A stretch of DNA of 63,156 nucleotides, the filler included, from Folioceros fuciformis (lineage: Eukaryota): the NCBI GenBank assembly GCA_049999805.1. It is 3 parts of 3 records of this genome, joined end to end, with 100 filler letters (N's around TTAATTAATTAA, not from the genome) between each part and the next. Parts side by side here need not be neighbours in the genome. Positions count along the whole stretch, not along the records: positions 56,651 to 63,156 come from JBNGIO010005760.1; 2 more parts are not named here. One strand, written 5' to 3'. How positions within the stretch are numbered: position 1 is the stretch's first letter; every line of letters begins with the position of its first letter. A program made the translations under genes and the position numbers. This document shows positions 60,140 through 63,156 of the stretch, piece after piece. The notes under the pieces were generated by a model. It did not search any database and was not told where the DNA came from. It saw only the letters and a program-made list of their open reading frames with translations.

Positions 60140-62962
60140 AACCTGAATTGGTTCACAGTGACGTTTGTGGACCTATGCCCACTATATCGTTAGGCGGTGC
60201 ATCCTATTTTGTCACTTTCATTGATGATTTCTCACACAAGGTGTGGGTTTATCCTTTGAGGAAAAAGGATGATGTTTTGACAATGTTTCAGAAATTTGTT
60301 ACCCTTGTGGAGAATCAGTTTGGCCTCTGACTGAAGTGTCTAAGGACAGACAATGGGGGAGAGTACGTTTCGAAGGCTTTCCAGTCATTCTGTGATTCCA
60401 AGGGAATCAAGAGAGAATTGACTGCCCCGTATACTCCTCCCTAGAATGGTGTGGCTGAACAGATGAACTGGACCATCCAGGAGAGGATGCATAGTTTGTT
60501 GTCAAACTCTGGATTGCCTAACGGATTTTGGGCAGAAGCAGTGGCTACTGCAGTGCATCTTATTAATAAATCTCCTAATAGGGCTGTGGATGAGCAGGGT
60601 CCAGAGGAGATGTGGTCTGGAAAGAAGCCGTCATACAAGCATCTACGAGTGTTTGGCTGCGAGGCATACTACCATGTTCCGAAGGAGTTTCGGGACAAGT
60701 TGGCTCCAAAGTCAAGAAAATGTATTTTTCTCGGCTATGGTGAATCTAGTGAGATGGGATACCGTTTATGGGATCCAGAGGCCAAGAGGGTGGTCCGCAG
60801 CAATGACGTGTTCTTCAATGAGACCAAAATGCACAAGAAGCCTACCCCAACTGTGAAGGTGCGACGGGTGGTCTTCCAAGAAGATGGCCTTGACCGTCCC
60901 GTACAGGTTGAACGTCGTGATGTGCAAGAACCCACTCCTCCACTTGTAGAAGAAGAGAGAATGCAACTAGCTCCGGTCGAGGCACCTGTGCTTTGTAGGT
61001 CAAGAAGGATTTCATGTCCTCCTGACAAGTATGTTGCATCTCTTGATTATGTCATTCTGATGGATTGTGGGGAGCCCTCTTGTTATCAAGAGGGCATGTC
61101 AATGACTAACAAGGACAAGTGGGAGAAGGCAATGCAGTTGCAGATGGATTCGCTCCATAAGAACCAAACTTGGGAGTTGGTTTGGTTGCCTAGGGGCAAG
61201 AAGGCGTTGCCATGCAAATGAGTGTATAAGATGAAGGACATACCCCATTATGGTAAACCCAAGTACAAAGCATGATTGGTTGCTAAGGGTTTTAAGCAAT
61301 AGCAAGGTCTTGACTTTGATGAGATTTTCTCACCAGTTGTCAAAATGACCACTTTGCAATGTGTCCTTGCTCTGGTTTCGAGGAGCGACATGGAACTTGT
61401 CCAGATGGATGTGAAGTCGGCATTTCTGCATGGTGATCTCCAGGAAGAGGTATACATACAGTAACCAGAGGGTTTCATTGAGAAGGGCAAAGAGAATGTA
61501 GAGTGCAGGTTAAAGAAGAGCCTTTATGGTTTGAAGCAGGCACCTAGGGAGTGGTATTACAAGTTCCACTCATTTATGCTTTCTCAAGGCTACAAACGTT
61601 GCGAGGAGGATCATTGCCTCTATACGAAGCAAGCTAAGGATGGAAGCTTGCTCATTCTGGTCCTCTATATGGATGATATGCTAATTGCTGGGACTAGCAG
61701 TGATGAGATTTCAGCGTTGAAGTCAAAGTTGAATGCTCGCTTTGACATGATAGACTTGGGAGAGGCAAGCCATATTCTTGGCATGCGTATTCGTCGAGAT
61801 AGAGAGAAGCATTTTCTTTACTTGTCTCAGACTGAATACATTAACAAGGTGCTTCAACGTTTCAACATGGAGAAGGGGAAGGTATTGAGTACTCCGTTGC
61901 CTCCATATGTGAAACTATCGAGCAAAGATTGCCCAAGCTCTGCGGAGGACAAAGCTGATATGGAGAAGGTTCCATACTCATCAGCTATAGGGAGTTTGAT
62001 GTATGCGATGATTGCTACACGTCCTGACATTGCTTTTGTAGTGGGAGTGGTTAGCAAGTTTATGTCAAACCCTGGTAGGAAGCATTGGGAGGCAGTGAAA
62101 GGAGTTATGAGGTACTTAAATGGTACAAAAGCTTTGTGCTTATGTTTTGGTAGTGAAGATGCATCTGTAGTGGGATATACGGATGCTGATTATGTAGGGG
62201 ATATGGACAAAAGGAGGTCTACATCAAGTTATGTCTTCATGTGCATTGGAGGGGCAGTCTCATGGCGATCTCGTTTGCAATCGTGCATAACGGTATCTAC
62301 CACAGAGGCTGAGTATGTTGCAGTGACTGAGGCGTGCAAGAAAGCCATGTGGCTTGCTCGTTTAGTGAGAGATTTGGGGATCAAGGTTGGTTGAGCTGCC
62401 AGTGTTGCATTGTGATAGCCAAAGTGCTATCCAATTGGCGAAAAATCTAGTGTTTCATGCGAAGACCAAACATGTGGAAGTGAAGTATCACTTCATTCGA
62501 GAGGTGTTGGAAGACAAGAGGGTACAACTTGTCAAAGTTCACACCAGTTAGAACCCTACAGATGTTCTTACCAAGGGGCTCTCTACAGAGCAGTTTGCAC
62601 AAGTTCGGACACTCATGGGCATGAGGTAGACCACTCTCCTATGAAGGTAAATTGGCCTTTAAGTGGGAGGTTGTAGGGTTATTAAAGCCCAATGTGCTTA
62701 GACTATTGTGTTTAGTCTAAGATTAGTGTCTAGTTAAGTATCATTTGTTTAGATTAGCTTAATCTAATATGTAGGAAGCTTCTTACGCAGCTTCCTATGC
62801 GCTTCTTGTGAAGCTTCCTTGGGAGCTCTTCTAGAGGGTATAAATACCCCCTTGAGCTCCCTTGCTATTGAGACTCTGTGTGAGAGTGTGACCTCTCTTT
62901 CTCCTATCCTCCTTGCCTCCTCCTCTCCTCCTTCACCATATGGCTCCTCTAGCGATCCTTCA
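60140..62962 (+). mobile_element. Degenerate Copia element 3' part: integrase, RT, RNase H, PPT and 3' LTR (62672-62962)
   Basis: [67 protein letters not shown] immediately before the TG..CA LTR; many premature stops. Confidence 0.93.
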
Positions 62963-63156
62963 GGTTGAACTTGCCTTTCCCTTTCCCTTTATGCCACTTC
63001 TGCTGAGCCCATACCCGTTGTTGGCTTTCGTGGGATTGAGCTTTTCTTGAAAGCTCACGCATGCACCACCAGCCTTATAAAGTGGCTTAGACATTTGCAT
63101 GTCGAGTTACAGGAACACTTCGTAATCCAACATTTACATTAGCCCAACATTAACTC

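Noticed and set aside
2662-62962. One giant LTR element bounded by the two similar LTRs
   Set aside because: The first LTR has its own near-TSD and no PBS; ordinary host genes and two artificial joins lie between them.

Overview
Nuclear genomic DNA of a seed-free land plant, most likely a hornwort. This is an inference from the compact ~80-150 nt introns and a DYW:KP-type PPR gene, a class tied to U-to-C organellar editing. Two engineered 100-bp spacers (N44-TTAATTAATTAA-N44) join the pieces, so linkage across 27827-27926 and 56551-56650 is unproven. Host genes: intronless SPF30/SMNDC1, a GT92 glycosyltransferase, a CRAL-TRIO protein, a U2 snRNA, intronless ELP2, TKPR2, a pathogen-related (SnoaL/NTF2-like) protein, a divergent PLATZ-like zinc-finger gene and exocyst SEC10. 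The window also holds decayed F-box paralogs, an LRR receptor-kinase pseudogene with a WAK-type kinase, and many Gypsy, Copia and RLE-type retroelement remnants. The standout is a spliced gene at 47068-50274. It fuses an OSB-type PDF ssDNA-binding motif to a PLS-class PPR array and a DYW:KP deaminase-fold domain, so it is a candidate U-to-C RNA editor carrying a DNA-binding module. The supplied ORF track misses most of this N-terminus.
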